A stretch of DNA of 64,000 nt from Pelagibacteraceae bacterium AG-390-O04 (GTDB taxonomy: Bacteria; Pseudomonadota; Alphaproteobacteria; Pelagibacterales; Pelagibacteraceae), in contig QCHE01000002.1 of the NCBI GenBank assembly GCA_003278065.1, positions 11,388 through 75,387 on the forward strand, in the 5' to 3' direction. Numbering within the stretch: the stretch's first letter is position 1; each line of letters opens with the position of its first letter. The notes beneath the pieces are model-generated. The model was not told where the DNA came from, did no database searches, and saw only the letters and a list, made by a program, of their open reading frames with translations. Both the position numbers and the translations under genes were made by a program. This document shows, one piece after another, positions 38,973-49,775 of the stretch.

Positions 38973-39587
38973 TTAATCTTTTGCTATACTAATAAATCTT
39001 AAATATCTATTTTGATAACTAAGATCTTCTTTAAATTGACCTAAATAATAGTTTGTAACTGTTGAAGCTTGTTCTTTTTTAATACCTCTCATGGTCATGC
39101 ATTGATGAGTGGAATCTATTGTTACTGCCACTCCCTTTGCATCTAAAGATTCCATTAATGTATTCGCAATTTGCATAGTAAGTCTTTCTTGTGTTTGTAA
39201 TCTTTTTGAAAAAACTTCCACAACTCTAGCTAATTTACTTAGACCTACCACTCTTTGTTTTGGAATATAAGCTACGTGTGCTTTACCTATAATAGGTGCC
39301 ATGTGGTGTTCACAATGACTCTGAACTGAGATATTTTTTTGAACAACCATATCATCGTAGCCTTCTACATCACCAAAAGTTTTATCTAAAATTTGATTAG
39401 GATCCTCTTTATATCCTTTAAAGTATTCTTTAAAAGCCTTTACAACTCTTTTGGGAGTTTCAAGCAAACCTTCTCTTGATGGATCTTCACCCATCCAGGC
39501 TAAAATTTTTCTAAAGGCATCTTCAGCTTCTTTATCAGAGACCTTTTCTGTTTCTTGTTCCCTATTTGATTCTTTAACTAATTTCAT
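38973..39587 (-). CDS. folE: GTP cyclohydrolase I
   Basis: REGLLETPKRV, CEHH, GLSKLAR, QERLT, HQCM.MRG. Confidence 0.95.
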   Translation of the reverse strand: MKLVKESNREQETEKVSDKEAEDAFRKILAWMGEDPSREGLLETPKRVVKAFKEYFKGYKEDPNQILDKTFGDVEGYDDMVVQKNISVQSHCEHHMAPIIGKAHVAYIPKQRVVGLSKLARVVEVFSKRLQTQERLTMQIANTLMESLDAKGVAVTIDSTHQCMTMRGIKKEQASTVTNYYLGQFKEDLSYQNRYLRFISIAKD

Positions 39588-39663
39588 CGCAGTTTTTATA
39601 CCTATAATTTAGTAATTTTAAAATATTTAAAATATACCTATATGTGCTACATAATCACTTATT

Positions 39664-40131
39664 ATGTTCAAAAAAAGAGAAAATGTGGTTGAAATTGAAG
39701 AGGGAAATCTTCTATCTCCAAAATTCAATAATGATGGGCTAATTCCCGTTATTACAATGTGCTCTAAAACTAAAGAAATTTTAATGCATGGTTATATGAA
39801 TGTTGAAGCTTTAAAAAAAACTATTGAAACTAAAGAAGCGCACTACTTTAGTCGATCAAGGAATGCTATATGGCACAAAGGAAAGACTAGTGGCTTTACT
39901 CAGAAAGTTATTGAAATTAAGATAGATGATGACCAAGATTCTATTTGGTTAACTGTTGATATTGGAGATGGAGCAAGCTGCCATGTGGGATATAGATCTT
40001 GTTTTTATAGATCAATACCTTTAGGTCCAATAGATAATGGTAGAGAAGTAAAAATGAAATTTACCGAAAAAGAAAAAAAGTTTGATCCTGAAAAAGTTTA
40101 CAAAGGTCAACCCAATCCTACTAAAATCTAA
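39664..40131 (+). CDS. hisI: Phosphoribosyl-AMP cyclohydrolase
   Basis: YFSRSR..WHKGKTSG, DDDQD, CHVGYRSCFYR. Confidence 0.93.
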   Translation: MFKKRENVVEIEEGNLLSPKFNNDGLIPVITMCSKTKEILMHGYMNVEALKKTIETKEAHYFSRSRNAIWHKGKTSGFTQKVIEIKIDDDQDSIWLTVDIGDGASCHVGYRSCFYRSIPLGPIDNGREVKMKFTEKEKKFDPEKVYKGQPNPTKI

Positions 40132-40506
40132 ATGAATAAAAATCAAAAAAATGTTCTAGGTGAAAATCTAGAAGAATGTTCTTTAGATCCTATGACAGGA
40201 TGGTACAGAGATGGTTGTTGTAATACAGATGAAAATGATCATGGTTTACACACTGTTTGTGCTAAAGTTACCACAGAATTTTTGGAATGGTGTAAAGAGG
40301 CTGGTAATGATTTAATAACACCTCATCCTGAATTTGGATTTCCAGGACTAAAAGACGGAGATGGCTGGTGTGTTTGTGCAACATGGTATGCTAAAGCTGT
40401 TGAAGCTGGAAAAGGATGTCCGATTTTTTTAAAAAGAACACATGAAAATACATTAAAAGTTTTACCTATTGAAACATTAAAAAAGTTTGCAATAGATATT
40501 TCTTAG
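40132..40506 (+). CDS. DUF2237 family protein
   Basis: NVLGE.LEEC..PMTGWYRDGCC, GNDLITP, WCVCA. Confidence 0.88.
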   Translation: MNKNQKNVLGENLEECSLDPMTGWYRDGCCNTDENDHGLHTVCAKVTTEFLEWCKEAGNDLITPHPEFGFPGLKDGDGWCVCATWYAKAVEAGKGCPIFLKRTHENTLKVLPIETLKKFAIDIS

Positions 40507-42126
40507 TTACATATTTCCATATTTTGGTCCACCGCCACCTTCAGGAGTGACCCAATTAATGTTTTGTGAAGGTTCTTTTATATCGCAAGTTTTACAATGA
40601 ATACAATTTTGTGAATTAATCACAAATTTGTTAACATTATTTTCCTTTTGAATTTCATATACTCCAGCTGGACAATATCTCTGTGCTGGTTCATCAAATT
40701 TATCTAACGTATAACTAATTGGTAAATTTGGATCTTTTAATTGTAAATGAACTGGTTGATTATCAGTATGATTTGTTCCTGTTAAATAAACTGAACTCGT
40801 TTTATCAAACGTAATTATATTGTCTGGTTTTGGATATTCAATTTTTGGCATTTCATTTGCTGGTTTTAAAGTTTCATGATCTGCATGTTTATGTTTGAGG
40901 GTAAAAGGTAATTTACCTCTGAATAAAATTTGATCTATTCCAGTAAAAATAATTCCTAAAATTAAGCCCCAACTAAAACTTGGTTTTACATTTCTTGCTT
41001 TAAATAGTTCTTCATAGAGCCAACTATTTTTAAATTTTTCTTCAAATGTAGATAATTCTTTTTGAGAATTAAGATGTTCATTAATAGTTTCTGCAGCAAT
41101 AATTCCACTTTTCATTGCGGTATGTGAACCTTTAATTTTTGGCATATTAAGTGTTCCAGCATCACATCCAATAAGAAGCGCTCCTGGCATAAACATTTTC
41201 GGTAAACTTTGATAGCCACCTTCAATTAAAGCTCTTGCACCATAAGAAATTCTTTTTCCACCTTCAATTATTTTTTTTATAGCTGGGTGGGTTTTGAATC
41301 TTTGAAATTCATCAAAAGGAGATAAATGAGGATTCTTGTAATCTAAACCAATTACATATCCTAAAAAAACTTGTTTGTTTTCAGCGTGGTACATAAAACT
41401 ACCACCATAAGTGTTATTGTCTAAAGGCCATCCAGCCGTGTGCATTACTAGCCCTTCCTCATAATTTTTTTCATCAATTTCCCATATTTCTTTAAAACCA
41501 ATCCCATATTGTTGAGGATCTTTTCCTTTATCTAATTCAAACTTTCGAATAAGTTGTTTGCCTAAATGTCCTCTGCATCCTTCTGCAAATACAGTCACTT
41601 TTCCTAAAAGCTCAATGCCAGGTTCAAAACTCTCTTTTTTATTACCTTCTTTATCGATACCCATATCTTGAGTAGCAACACCTCTAACTGAACCATCTTC
41701 ATTATATAAAATTTCGCTTGCTGGAAATCCTGGAAAAATTTCAACTCCAAGTTTCTCAGCTTGTTCTGCAAGCCACCTACACAAGTTTGCTAAGCTAATA
41801 ATATAATTATTATGATTTTGTTGAACAGAGGGTAATAGCCATGTTGGCCAACTAAATGACTTTGATTTACTTAAGAATAAAAATTTTTCTTTACTAACTC
41901 TTGTTTTAATTGGAGAATTTAATTCTTTCCAATTAGGAATTAATTCATCTAAAGCTCTTGTTTCAAAAACATTCCCACTTAGAATATGAGCGCCAATCTC
42001 AGATGCTTTTTCTAATAAACAAACATTTAAATTTGAGTCTAATTGTTTCAATTTAATAGCAGTAGATAAACCTGAAGGGCCACCACCTACAATAACAACA
42101 TCATATTCCATTGTCTCTTTGGACAT
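40507..42126 (-). CDS. etfQ: Electron transfer flavoprotein-ubiquinone oxidoreductase
   Basis: GGGPSG, GAHILSG, KIKGSHTAMKSG, CPAGVYE, NCIHCKTCDIK. Confidence 0.92.
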   Translation of the reverse strand: MSKETMEYDVVIVGGGPSGLSTAIKLKQLDSNLNVCLLEKASEIGAHILSGNVFETRALDELIPNWKELNSPIKTRVSKEKFLFLSKSKSFSWPTWLLPSVQQNHNNYIISLANLCRWLAEQAEKLGVEIFPGFPASEILYNEDGSVRGVATQDMGIDKEGNKKESFEPGIELLGKVTVFAEGCRGHLGKQLIRKFELDKGKDPQQYGIGFKEIWEIDEKNYEEGLVMHTAGWPLDNNTYGGSFMYHAENKQVFLGYVIGLDYKNPHLSPFDEFQRFKTHPAIKKIIEGGKRISYGARALIEGGYQSLPKMFMPGALLIGCDAGTLNMPKIKGSHTAMKSGIIAAETINEHLNSQKELSTFEEKFKNSWLYEELFKARNVKPSFSWGLILGIIFTGIDQILFRGKLPFTLKHKHADHETLKPANEMPKIEYPKPDNIITFDKTSSVYLTGTNHTDNQPVHLQLKDPNLPISYTLDKFDEPAQRYCPAGVYEIQKENNVNKFVINSQNCIHCKTCDIKEPSQNINWVTPEGGGGPKYGNM

Positions 42127-42149
42127 AATCTAATTTTTTACAGATTCTA

Positions 42150-43103
42150 TTATTTTTGTATAGTGTTTAATTTGTTCAATTCCTCTAAGAACTTAGGTAA
42201 AGCATCAAAAAGATCTGCTTCTAAACCATAATCAGCAACACTAAAAATTGGTGCCTCACCATCTTTATTAATTGCGACAATCACTTTGCTCTCTTTCATT
42301 CCAGCTAAGTGCTGAATTGCTCCAGAAATTCCTACAGCAATATATAAATCAGGAACTACTACTTTACCTGTCTGACCAACTTGATGATCATTGGTAATAT
42401 AACCTGCATCCACTGCTGCTCTAGATGCTCCTATTGCAGCATTTAATTTATCTGCAACTGCAGTTATTAATTTAAAATTCTCTCCACTCTGCATTCCTCT
42501 TCCCCCTGAAACTACAACTCTAGCTGTACCTAATTCAGGTCTATCTGATTTAATTTCTTCTTTTTTAATAAACTTAGACAATTCTGTTGCATCACCAGGT
42601 TCACCATTTTGAATTTCAGCAGAACCTCCTGATGATGGCGCTGGATCAAATGAAGTAGGTCTTATTGTTATACACTTAATTTTGTCATTACTTTTTACTG
42701 TCGCAAATGCATTTCCTGCATATATTGGTCTTATAAAAGTATCCTCAGAAATAACTTTTGTGATGTCGCTAACTTGTGAAACATCTAATAAAGCAGCAAT
42801 TCTTGGCATAAGATTCTTACCAAAAGTATTTGCTGAACAGATAATGTGTGAATAGCCTTCCGAAAGTTTGATGATAACTGATGAATAATTTTCAGCTAAA
42901 TAATTTTCATAAAGCTCATTATTGATATGTATTACTTTTTTTACATTAGGACATTCAGAAATAGATTTTGCAACAGTGTCTGAATTATAACCTAATACTA
43001 AAACATTTACATCTTCGTTTATTTGAGACGCCGCAGAAATTGCATTGAAAGTAAAAGGTTTTACTTCTTTATTGTTATGCTCTACTATTAATAAAACTGA
43101 CAT
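42150..43103 (-). CDS. etfA: Electron transfer flavoprotein alpha subunit
   Basis: RPIYAGNA, SGGRG, QVGQTGK, GISGAIQHLAGM. Confidence 0.95.
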   Translation of the reverse strand: MSVLLIVEHNNKEVKPFTFNAISAASQINEDVNVLVLGYNSDTVAKSISECPNVKKVIHINNELYENYLAENYSSVIIKLSEGYSHIICSANTFGKNLMPRIAALLDVSQVSDITKVISEDTFIRPIYAGNAFATVKSNDKIKCITIRPTSFDPAPSSGGSAEIQNGEPGDATELSKFIKKEEIKSDRPELGTARVVVSGGRGMQSGENFKLITAVADKLNAAIGASRAAVDAGYITNDHQVGQTGKVVVPDLYIAVGISGAIQHLAGMKESKVIVAINKDGEAPIFSVADYGLEADLFDALPKFLEELNKLNTIQK

Positions 43104-43852
43104 TATATTACTTTAGCCTCATTTTTTAATTTTTGAACCAATTCTTCTACACTTGCGACTTTAATCCCTGCTTTTCTCTTAGGAGGTTCTTCAACTTTTA
43201 TTTGATCAATTCTTGGTTTTGTATCAATACCTAAATCAGAAGCATTTATTTGCTCGATTTGTTTTTTTTTTGCTTTCATTATATTAGGTAAAGAAGCATA
43301 TCTTGGCTCATTTAATCTTAAATCACACGTTACTATTGCTGGAACATTTACCTCAATAGTCTCAAGACCTTCATCAATTTCTCTTGTCACTTCTAAAGAT
43401 TTTTCTTTAACTTTGATTTTTGATGCGAATGTAGCTTGAGGCCAATTCAATAATGCTGCTAGCATTTGTCCAGTTTGATTACAATCATCGTCGATAGCTT
43501 GCTTACCCATAAATACTAAATCAGGTTTTTCTTTTTCAACAATTTTCTGTAAAATTTTTGAAACAGCTAGTGGCTCTACGGTACCTTCTGCTTTGACCAA
43601 TATCCCTCTATCAGCTCCAACGGCTAATGCTTTTCGAACTGTTTCTTGAGCCTTTTCTTCCCCTACTGAAATTGCTACTACTTCGGTTGCTTTTCCAGCC
43701 TCTTTAATTTTTACTGCTTCTTCAATTGCGTTATCATCAGGTGGGTTTGTTGACATTTTAACATTATCAGTAACAATGCCTGATCCATCTTCTTTTACTC
43801 TAATTTGAACATTGTAATCTATTACTCTTTTTACTGCGACGAGAATTTTCAT
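43103..43852 (-). CDS. etfB: Electron transfer flavoprotein beta subunit
   Basis: [31 protein letters not shown]. Confidence 0.95.
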   Translation of the reverse strand: MKILVAVKRVIDYNVQIRVKEDGSGIVTDNVKMSTNPPDDNAIEEAVKIKEAGKATEVVAISVGEEKAQETVRKALAVGADRGILVKAEGTVEPLAVSKILQKIVEKEKPDLVFMGKQAIDDDCNQTGQMLAALLNWPQATFASKIKVKEKSLEVTREIDEGLETIEVNVPAIVTCDLRLNEPRYASLPNIMKAKKKQIEQINASDLGIDTKPRIDQIKVEEPPKRKAGIKVASVEELVQKLKNEAKVI

Positions 43853-46284
43853 TAAGCTCTCAATAATTTATTTTCAACATCGTATGGACTTTCTTCTAAA
43901 ATTGTAGCCTCATACATTTTGCCCAATATATCAACTTTAAGTTTTTCACCTACATTAGCTAAATCAGGTTTTACCATTGCTAAAGCAATCGATTTATCCA
44001 ATCTAAATCCATACTCACCACCTGTTGCTCTTCCAACAACTTTGTCATCTTTATATATAGGATTATTTCCTAACACATCTGAGTCGGTAGTATTATGAAC
44101 TTCAAGTGTTACTAATTTGTTATCAAAACCTTTTTCTCTCCATTTATTTAGAGCCTCAAGTCCTATAAAATTTCCCTTGTTGGGATGAACAAATCTGTCT
44201 AAACCAGATTCATAAGGTGAATACTCTATTGATAATTCAGTTCCAACAAGTTTATAAGATTTTTCAACTCTCAAACTATTCATTGCTCTAATTCCAAAAG
44301 GTTTAATCCCCAAATCTTTTCCTGCTTCCATCAATTTATCAAAAATATGATTTTGGTATTCAATTGGATGATGTAATTCCCAACCAAGTTCTCCAACAAA
44401 ATTCACTCTCATTGCATTTACAGGAGCATATCCAACATTAACATTTTTTGCAGTTAACCATTTAAAGTTTTCATTTGAAAAATCATCTGTAGAAACTTTC
44501 TGCATTAATTCTCTTGCTTTTGGCCCAGCCACTACAAGTACTCCTGTGCTATTTGTAAGATCCTCAAATATTACCGAACCATCGGTTGGCATCCATTTTT
44601 GAATCCAATCATGGTCTAATCTTAAATTTGCACCTGCTGAAACAAGGTAATAACAATTTTCAGCTTCTTTCATAATAGTGAATTCTGAATGGACACCACC
44701 TTTTGTATTAAGTGCATGACATAATCCAATTCTTCCAATTTTTTTTGGTAATTTATTTGCAACTAGATAATCTAAAAATTCTTCTGCTTTTGGTCCTTTA
44801 ATTCTACATTTTGCAAATGCCGTCATATCTAAAAGACCAACATTTTCTTTTACATTTTGACATTCTTTTTTAATTGCATCAAACCATTTAGATCTTCTAA
44901 AAGACCAATCATCTTTTTGCTCCATTCCATCTGTTGCAAAAAAATTTGGTCTTTCCCAACCAAACTTTTGACCAAATACAGCACCTAGATCTCTCATTCT
45001 TTCATAACACGGCGAAGTTCTTAAAGGTCTTGCAGCAGGTCTTTCTTCATCAGGATAATGTGTAATAAAAACATGGCTATATGCTTCTTCATTTTTAGCT
45101 TTCAAATAAGATTTGGTAGCATAATTTCCATAACGTCTAGGTTCAACACCAAGCATATCTATTGTTGGTTCTCCATCAACTATCCATTCTGCTAATTGCC
45201 AACCAGCTCCTCCAGCAGCTGTAATTCCAAAACTATGACCTTCGTTAATCCAAAAGTTTTTTAATCCCCAAGCTGGACCTACAATTGGATTTCCATCTGG
45301 AGTATAACAAATTGCACCGTTGTAAACTTTTTTAACACCCACTTCACCAAAGGCTGGTACTCTATGTATTGCTCCTTCAATATGAGGTGCAAGTCTATCT
45401 AGATCTTCTTGAAATAGTTCGTATTCAGAATTTTTTGAGGGACCTTCTACATAACAGGCAGGAGCACCATCTTCATAAGGGCCTAAAATTAATCCTCCAG
45501 CTTCTTCCCTCATGTACCATCTGCTATCACTATCTCTAAGAACTCCCATTTCTGGAAGACCATCTTTTTTTCTTTTTTGAATTTCTGGATGTGGCTCTGT
45601 TACAATATATTGATGTTCAACTGGTATAACAGGTATATCTAATCCAACCATTTCTCCAGTTTGTCTTGCGAAATTTCCGGAGCACGAAATTATATGTTCA
45701 CATTCAATAGATCCTTTATCTGTTTCTACAACCCAACCATCTTTAGTTTGTTTCATTGCTACAACAGTTGTGTTTCGATAAATTTCTGCACCCATATTTC
45801 TAGCACCTGTTGCAAGTGCTTGAGTCAGGTCTGCTGGTTGAATGTAACCATCCTCAGGATGTTGAATAGCACCGACTAAATCATCAGTATGACATAAAGG
45901 CCAAATTTCTTTTACTTGCTGAGGTGTTAAAAACTTTACATCAACACCGATTGTTTTAGCTACACCAGCATATTGATGGTACTCATCCATTCTATCTTTA
46001 GTACTAGCTAAACGAATATTTGAAACTACACTGAAGCCAACATTTTTTCCAGTTTCTTCTTCTAACTTTTTATAAAGATCAACTGCATACTTATGAAGTT
46101 GTCCAACAGAATAACTCATATTAAATAATGGTAATAATCCTGCAGCATGCCAAGTTGAACCAGAGGTTAATTCTTTTCTCTCAACAAGAACTACATCTGA
46201 CCAACCTTTTTTTGCTAGGTGATAAAGAGCACTAACTCCAACAACTCCACCACCAACAACAACTACTTTTGTTTTTGATTTCAT
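43852..46284 (-). CDS. Dimethylglycine/sarcosine dehydrogenase-like flavoprotein (DAO plus GcvT domains)
   Basis: [15 protein letters not shown] (FAD-linked His), [15 protein letters not shown]; coupled to etfBA. Confidence 0.88.
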   Translation of the reverse strand: MKSKTKVVVVGGGVVGVSALYHLAKKGWSDVVLVERKELTSGSTWHAAGLLPLFNMSYSVGQLHKYAVDLYKKLEEETGKNVGFSVVSNIRLASTKDRMDEYHQYAGVAKTIGVDVKFLTPQQVKEIWPLCHTDDLVGAIQHPEDGYIQPADLTQALATGARNMGAEIYRNTTVVAMKQTKDGWVVETDKGSIECEHIISCSGNFARQTGEMVGLDIPVIPVEHQYIVTEPHPEIQKRKKDGLPEMGVLRDSDSRWYMREEAGGLILGPYEDGAPACYVEGPSKNSEYELFQEDLDRLAPHIEGAIHRVPAFGEVGVKKVYNGAICYTPDGNPIVGPAWGLKNFWINEGHSFGITAAGGAGWQLAEWIVDGEPTIDMLGVEPRRYGNYATKSYLKAKNEEAYSHVFITHYPDEERPAARPLRTSPCYERMRDLGAVFGQKFGWERPNFFATDGMEQKDDWSFRRSKWFDAIKKECQNVKENVGLLDMTAFAKCRIKGPKAEEFLDYLVANKLPKKIGRIGLCHALNTKGGVHSEFTIMKEAENCYYLVSAGANLRLDHDWIQKWMPTDGSVIFEDLTNSTGVLVVAGPKARELMQKVSTDDFSNENFKWLTAKNVNVGYAPVNAMRVNFVGELGWELHHPIEYQNHIFDKLMEAGKDLGIKPFGIRAMNSLRVEKSYKLVGTELSIEYSPYESGLDRFVHPNKGNFIGLEALNKWREKGFDNKLVTLEVHNTTDSDVLGNNPIYKDDKVVGRATGGEYGFRLDKSIALAMVKPDLANVGEKLKVDILGKMYEATILEESPYDVENKLLRA

Positions 46285-46338
46285 TTAGCGATTCCTACTA
46301 AATTTTTATTCATAACGAAACAAAATTGTATGAGATCA

Positions 46339-46812
46339 TTAAATTGAACTTCCTAATGGAATGGGGTTGGAAACGACTGTTGTTAACCAACAACCTTGCA
46401 AAGGTCCCTCCATAGTGAATTTTTCAACTTGCCAATTAAATTTGTGATAAATCTTCTCCTTATCCAAAATAACTACCTCAAATTGAGCCCATTCGTTGCT
46501 ACTGCCTAGCGCTGTGATAGTGTGACTTAAATGATTTAAGAGCATTTTATAGGAATTTCCTTTAATCATCATTTTAAAATTAGGTAAAGGTCCTGTATTT
46601 TTTTTGTTATTGGGGTGGGCAAAATTCCATGTCTGTTCAATTCCACTATCTTTGAATTTACTATCATTATCCATTAAAGCATTAAGTTGAATTTTAATTA
46701 CGTCAGCTGGTAAAATTGAATTGTTTGGAAACAACAAATCAGCTTTAGTTAATGAAATATTAACGAAAGAAAATAAAACTACACTAAATGTTAATAGCAG
46801 TTTTTTTAACAT
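46339..46812 (-). CDS. Exported hypothetical protein (DUF4864-like)
   Basis: Signal peptide; QLNAL, FAHP.N, F..MI, CWLT. Confidence 0.7.
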   Translation of the reverse strand: MLKKLLLTFSVVLFSFVNISLTKADLLFPNNSILPADVIKIQLNALMDNDSKFKDSGIEQTWNFAHPNNKKNTGPLPNFKMMIKGNSYKMLLNHLSHTITALGSSNEWAQFEVVILDKEKIYHKFNWQVEKFTMEGPLQGCWLTTVVSNPIPLGSSI

Positions 46813-47353
46813 CTTTGAGGAACTCTTCTCTTTTTTTTTCACTCACAAATGGTACTGCAAAATATCTTCTATAATTAATATTATAAATGCCGCACATATG
46901 AAAAACTCCTCTTTTTAATCGTCTTATTGGTAAATTTAGAAAAAAAGTTGTAATTGCTAATCTTGGAGAACCATAAGTGCAAAATATAATTGCTTTTTTA
47001 TTTCTTAAGTTTCCAATTGGATAACCATAATTTCCAACTAATTGTTTAAATCTAAATGCCCAAGGTGGTGCCAATACTTTGTCTATCCATCCTTCTACAA
47101 TTGCCGGCATTCTGAAATTCCAAATTGGAGCAATCAAAACTATAGTATCGCAAGCCTCAATTCTTTTTCTGTGATCCAAAACAATATCATCAGGCTCTTC
47201 ACCAGCAAATACAGGGTCAAATTTTTCTTTATAAAGATCTACAGCATCGACAGAATGTCCTTTTTCTTTAGCTGTATCTATAAATGTTTTTCTTATGGCA
47301 GCATTAAAAGATTTATCGTCATAATGGCCATAAATAAGAAATATTTTTTTCAT
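46784..47353 (-). CDS. Flavodoxin-fold NAD(P)H-dependent oxidoreductase (Flavodoxin_2)
   Basis: GH..SFN, DLY..FDP, PIWNFRMPAIVEGWIDKV. Confidence 0.85.
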   Translation of the reverse strand: MKKIFLIYGHYDDKSFNAAIRKTFIDTAKEKGHSVDAVDLYKEKFDPVFAGEEPDDIVLDHRKRIEACDTIVLIAPIWNFRMPAIVEGWIDKVLAPPWAFRFKQLVGNYGYPIGNLRNKKAIIFCTYGSPRLAITTFFLNLPIRRLKRGVFHMCGIYNINYRRYFAVPFVSEKKREEFLKDVKKTAINI

Positions 47354-47403
47354 TCAATTAAACTTTAACATAATATAATTATACTTGTGTTGATTAAATT
47401 GAA

Positions 47404-47853
47404 TTATATTTTTTGATCAAGTCTAGGTTTCCAAAAAGGACGGAAGAGTTCTATTTTTGGACATCTATTCATTACAACCTTAAGTCCTGCTTCCTCAGCA
47501 AGACGAGCTGCATCATGATTTATTACACCTATCTGACCCCATAAAACTTTAGCACCAATTGCAATTGCTTCTTCTGCTACTCCATAAAGATCCTCAGGTT
47601 TTCTAAAAACTTCAACCATATCTACAGGTCGATCAATTGCTGCTAAATTAGGAAATACTTTCAAGTTCCTTATCTCTGTAATTTCTGGTCTAGGATTGAC
47701 AGGTATCATGTCATAGCCAGTTTCATGTAATACTCTTAATACACCATAACTAAATTTAGTTTTATCAGGACTAGCACCAACCATTGCTATTGTTTTTACA
47801 GATTGTAAAATTTCTTTTAAATAATCATCACTATAGGGTTCATTGTGATTCAT
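47404..47853 (-). CDS. CoA-binding protein (YccU-like)
   Basis: TIAMVGAS, IPVNP, VDMVEVFR, LWGQIG, VMNRCPKIE. Confidence 0.88.
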   Translation of the reverse strand: MNHNEPYSDDYLKEILQSVKTIAMVGASPDKTKFSYGVLRVLHETGYDMIPVNPRPEITEIRNLKVFPNLAAIDRPVDMVEVFRKPEDLYGVAEEAIAIGAKVLWGQIGVINHDAARLAEEAGLKVVMNRCPKIELFRPFWKPRLDQKI

Positions 47854-48223
47854 TTTTTTTTAAGTCCTTTTTAGTAGCGATATCATCTTTTAACTCATGG
47901 GGTGCAAGTGGGTCAAGAAAAGGATTACGATAAAGCTTATCATGACTTTCAACTCCGATTTCAATCTCACAATCAGTTTTAGGACGGGCCACGCATAAAA
48001 CAATATATCCATCATTAATTTGTCTATTATTTAAAGCCACCTGAGACCTTTGATCGACTTCTCCATTAATAAGTTTTGCTGCACAAGTTATGCACCCTCC
48101 GTATTCACAACCATAAGGGAGATCAACTCCTTGAGAGCGTAATTCTTGAAGTAAAGGTTTTCTGTCTGATACCTCAAAAATTTTATTTTTACGATTTGAA
48201 ATGGTAATTTTCTTTACAGCCAT
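47840..48223 (-). CDS. Plant-type 2Fe-2S ferredoxin with C-terminal extension
   Basis: LPYGCEYGGCITC...LC (C-x4-C-x2-C...C). Confidence 0.9.
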   Translation of the reverse strand: MAVKKITISNRKNKIFEVSDRKPLLQELRSQGVDLPYGCEYGGCITCAAKLINGEVDQRSQVALNNRQINDGYIVLCVARPKTDCEIEIGVESHDKLYRNPFLDPLAPHELKDDIATKKDLKKNESQ

Positions 48224-49590
48224 ATATCACTTGTACAATCTCCACCTGGATATCTACTCTCATGACATCTGCTTGGGCCATTAGGTTCTTTACCAAAATC
48301 AACAATAAAGTCTTTATTAATTTTCATACCACCATTTTCTACATCGCAGTCAATCATTACCATGGCTCCACCTTGTGTTCTTATTTCGGGATAAAATTGA
48401 TTATCCCAAGTTGAAAATAAAGAAGTTGTAACGTACATACGTTTTCCATCTAAAGATAATTGATACATCTGTGGACCACCTGCAATTTTTACCCCATTTA
48501 TAGTTGGTGCCTTTCCTAAAAGTCCTCCAATCCATACTTGACCTGTTAATTTAGGTTTATGAGGATCGGTTATATCATACTGTCTCATGTCTCCATGAAG
48601 CCAGTTGTTTAAATAAAGATATTTATCATCCATTGAAACAAGTATTGCTGACATTACTCCTGGGATAGGAATTGGCCAATCAGGATGTGGTTCATTATCA
48701 ACATCTATAACTTTTTCCCATTCCCACTTTCCCTCTTTAGATTTCCAAAAATGAATAACGTTTGAACTTAGTGCTGCCCCACAAAATCCATGACTGCTAT
48801 CTGGATCATGTTTAAATTTTACCTCCAGAGGTATTAATCCATCCTCTCCAAGATACATAGTTTCAATTGGCTCTTTTTTTTTAAAATCCCAAATGTGAAG
48901 TCTTCGGCCATATTTTAAATGTCCTACTTCTTCCAAATCAAAACCAGGCATAAAAGTGTTAGGCGCAGCCCACTCTGAACTGACCATAACATTATGACGT
49001 GGCTGATACCAAAAATCATAACTAAAAGGAATATCTCCCATTGAATTTTCCCATCTACCAACAATCTCAAAATCTTTATTAAGATGTAAGTATCCCCCTG
49101 GAGCTTCACCTTTAGCATTACCTAAAAAAGAGATAATGATTTCAGATCCTAAACAATGAACTGTATGTGGTCCTGACAAATTAGTTTTAGATTTGATTTC
49201 TGAACCTTTAATTACTTTGTGGATTTTTGGAGCAAATGGATCTGTTGCGGTATCTATTACATGAATATTATTTGATCTGACACCTGGTACTAAAAGATAT
49301 TTTCTACTCATTCCTGCATCACCGTGACATGAGGAACATGCATTCCATCCCATATGATGTAATTCGTCTCCAATTCCTGGCATCTCTAAACGATGAATAA
49401 CTTTTGAATAAGTTGGGCTATCCGGATCAACATCTACTGTTGCAAGATAGTCAGGTTTTTGAATTCCTGTTCCGGTATAAATAGCTATTGTATATAAAAG
49501 CTTTTCACTAGGGGCTTTAATTGCTTCAGATGGACTAGCATAACCAGGTCCACAACAAATACTATTTTTTTTTCCTAAATCACTCATCAT
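48214..49590 (-). CDS. Selenium-binding protein SBP56 / methanethiol oxidase homologue
   Basis: CGPGYASP, DYLATVDVDP.SPTY, GDELHH.GWNACSSC, YDFWYQPRHNVM.SSEW, GGPQM.QLSLDGKR.Y, WD.QFYP, RYPGGDCTSDIW. Confidence 0.92.
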   Translation of the reverse strand: MMSDLGKKNSICCGPGYASPSEAIKAPSEKLLYTIAIYTGTGIQKPDYLATVDVDPDSPTYSKVIHRLEMPGIGDELHHMGWNACSSCHGDAGMSRKYLLVPGVRSNNIHVIDTATDPFAPKIHKVIKGSEIKSKTNLSGPHTVHCLGSEIIISFLGNAKGEAPGGYLHLNKDFEIVGRWENSMGDIPFSYDFWYQPRHNVMVSSEWAAPNTFMPGFDLEEVGHLKYGRRLHIWDFKKKEPIETMYLGEDGLIPLEVKFKHDPDSSHGFCGAALSSNVIHFWKSKEGKWEWEKVIDVDNEPHPDWPIPIPGVMSAILVSMDDKYLYLNNWLHGDMRQYDITDPHKPKLTGQVWIGGLLGKAPTINGVKIAGGPQMYQLSLDGKRMYVTTSLFSTWDNQFYPEIRTQGGAMVMIDCDVENGGMKINKDFIVDFGKEPNGPSRCHESRYPGGDCTSDIWL

Positions 49591-49775
49591 TTACCAGTAT
49601 TTATTTGATTTTCACAGAACTCTTTGGCTTCCTGTGTAGTCATTGGTTTATCTAATTTTTTACTCCCAGCAATACAAGCATCTATAGCCCTTTGAAAATT
49701 ATGATCTCTAAAATCTAAAACTATATAAAGACCTACAATGATAAAAATTATAGTGAGAATATTTTTAATTTTCAC
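49587..49775 (-). CDS. Small membrane-anchored hypothetical protein with two Cys
   Basis: N-terminal TM; GTGA/ATGA overlaps with both neighbours. Confidence 0.65.
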   Translation of the reverse strand: MKIKNILTIIFIIVGLYIVLDFRDHNFQRAIDACIAGSKKLDKPMTTQEAKEFCENQINTGK

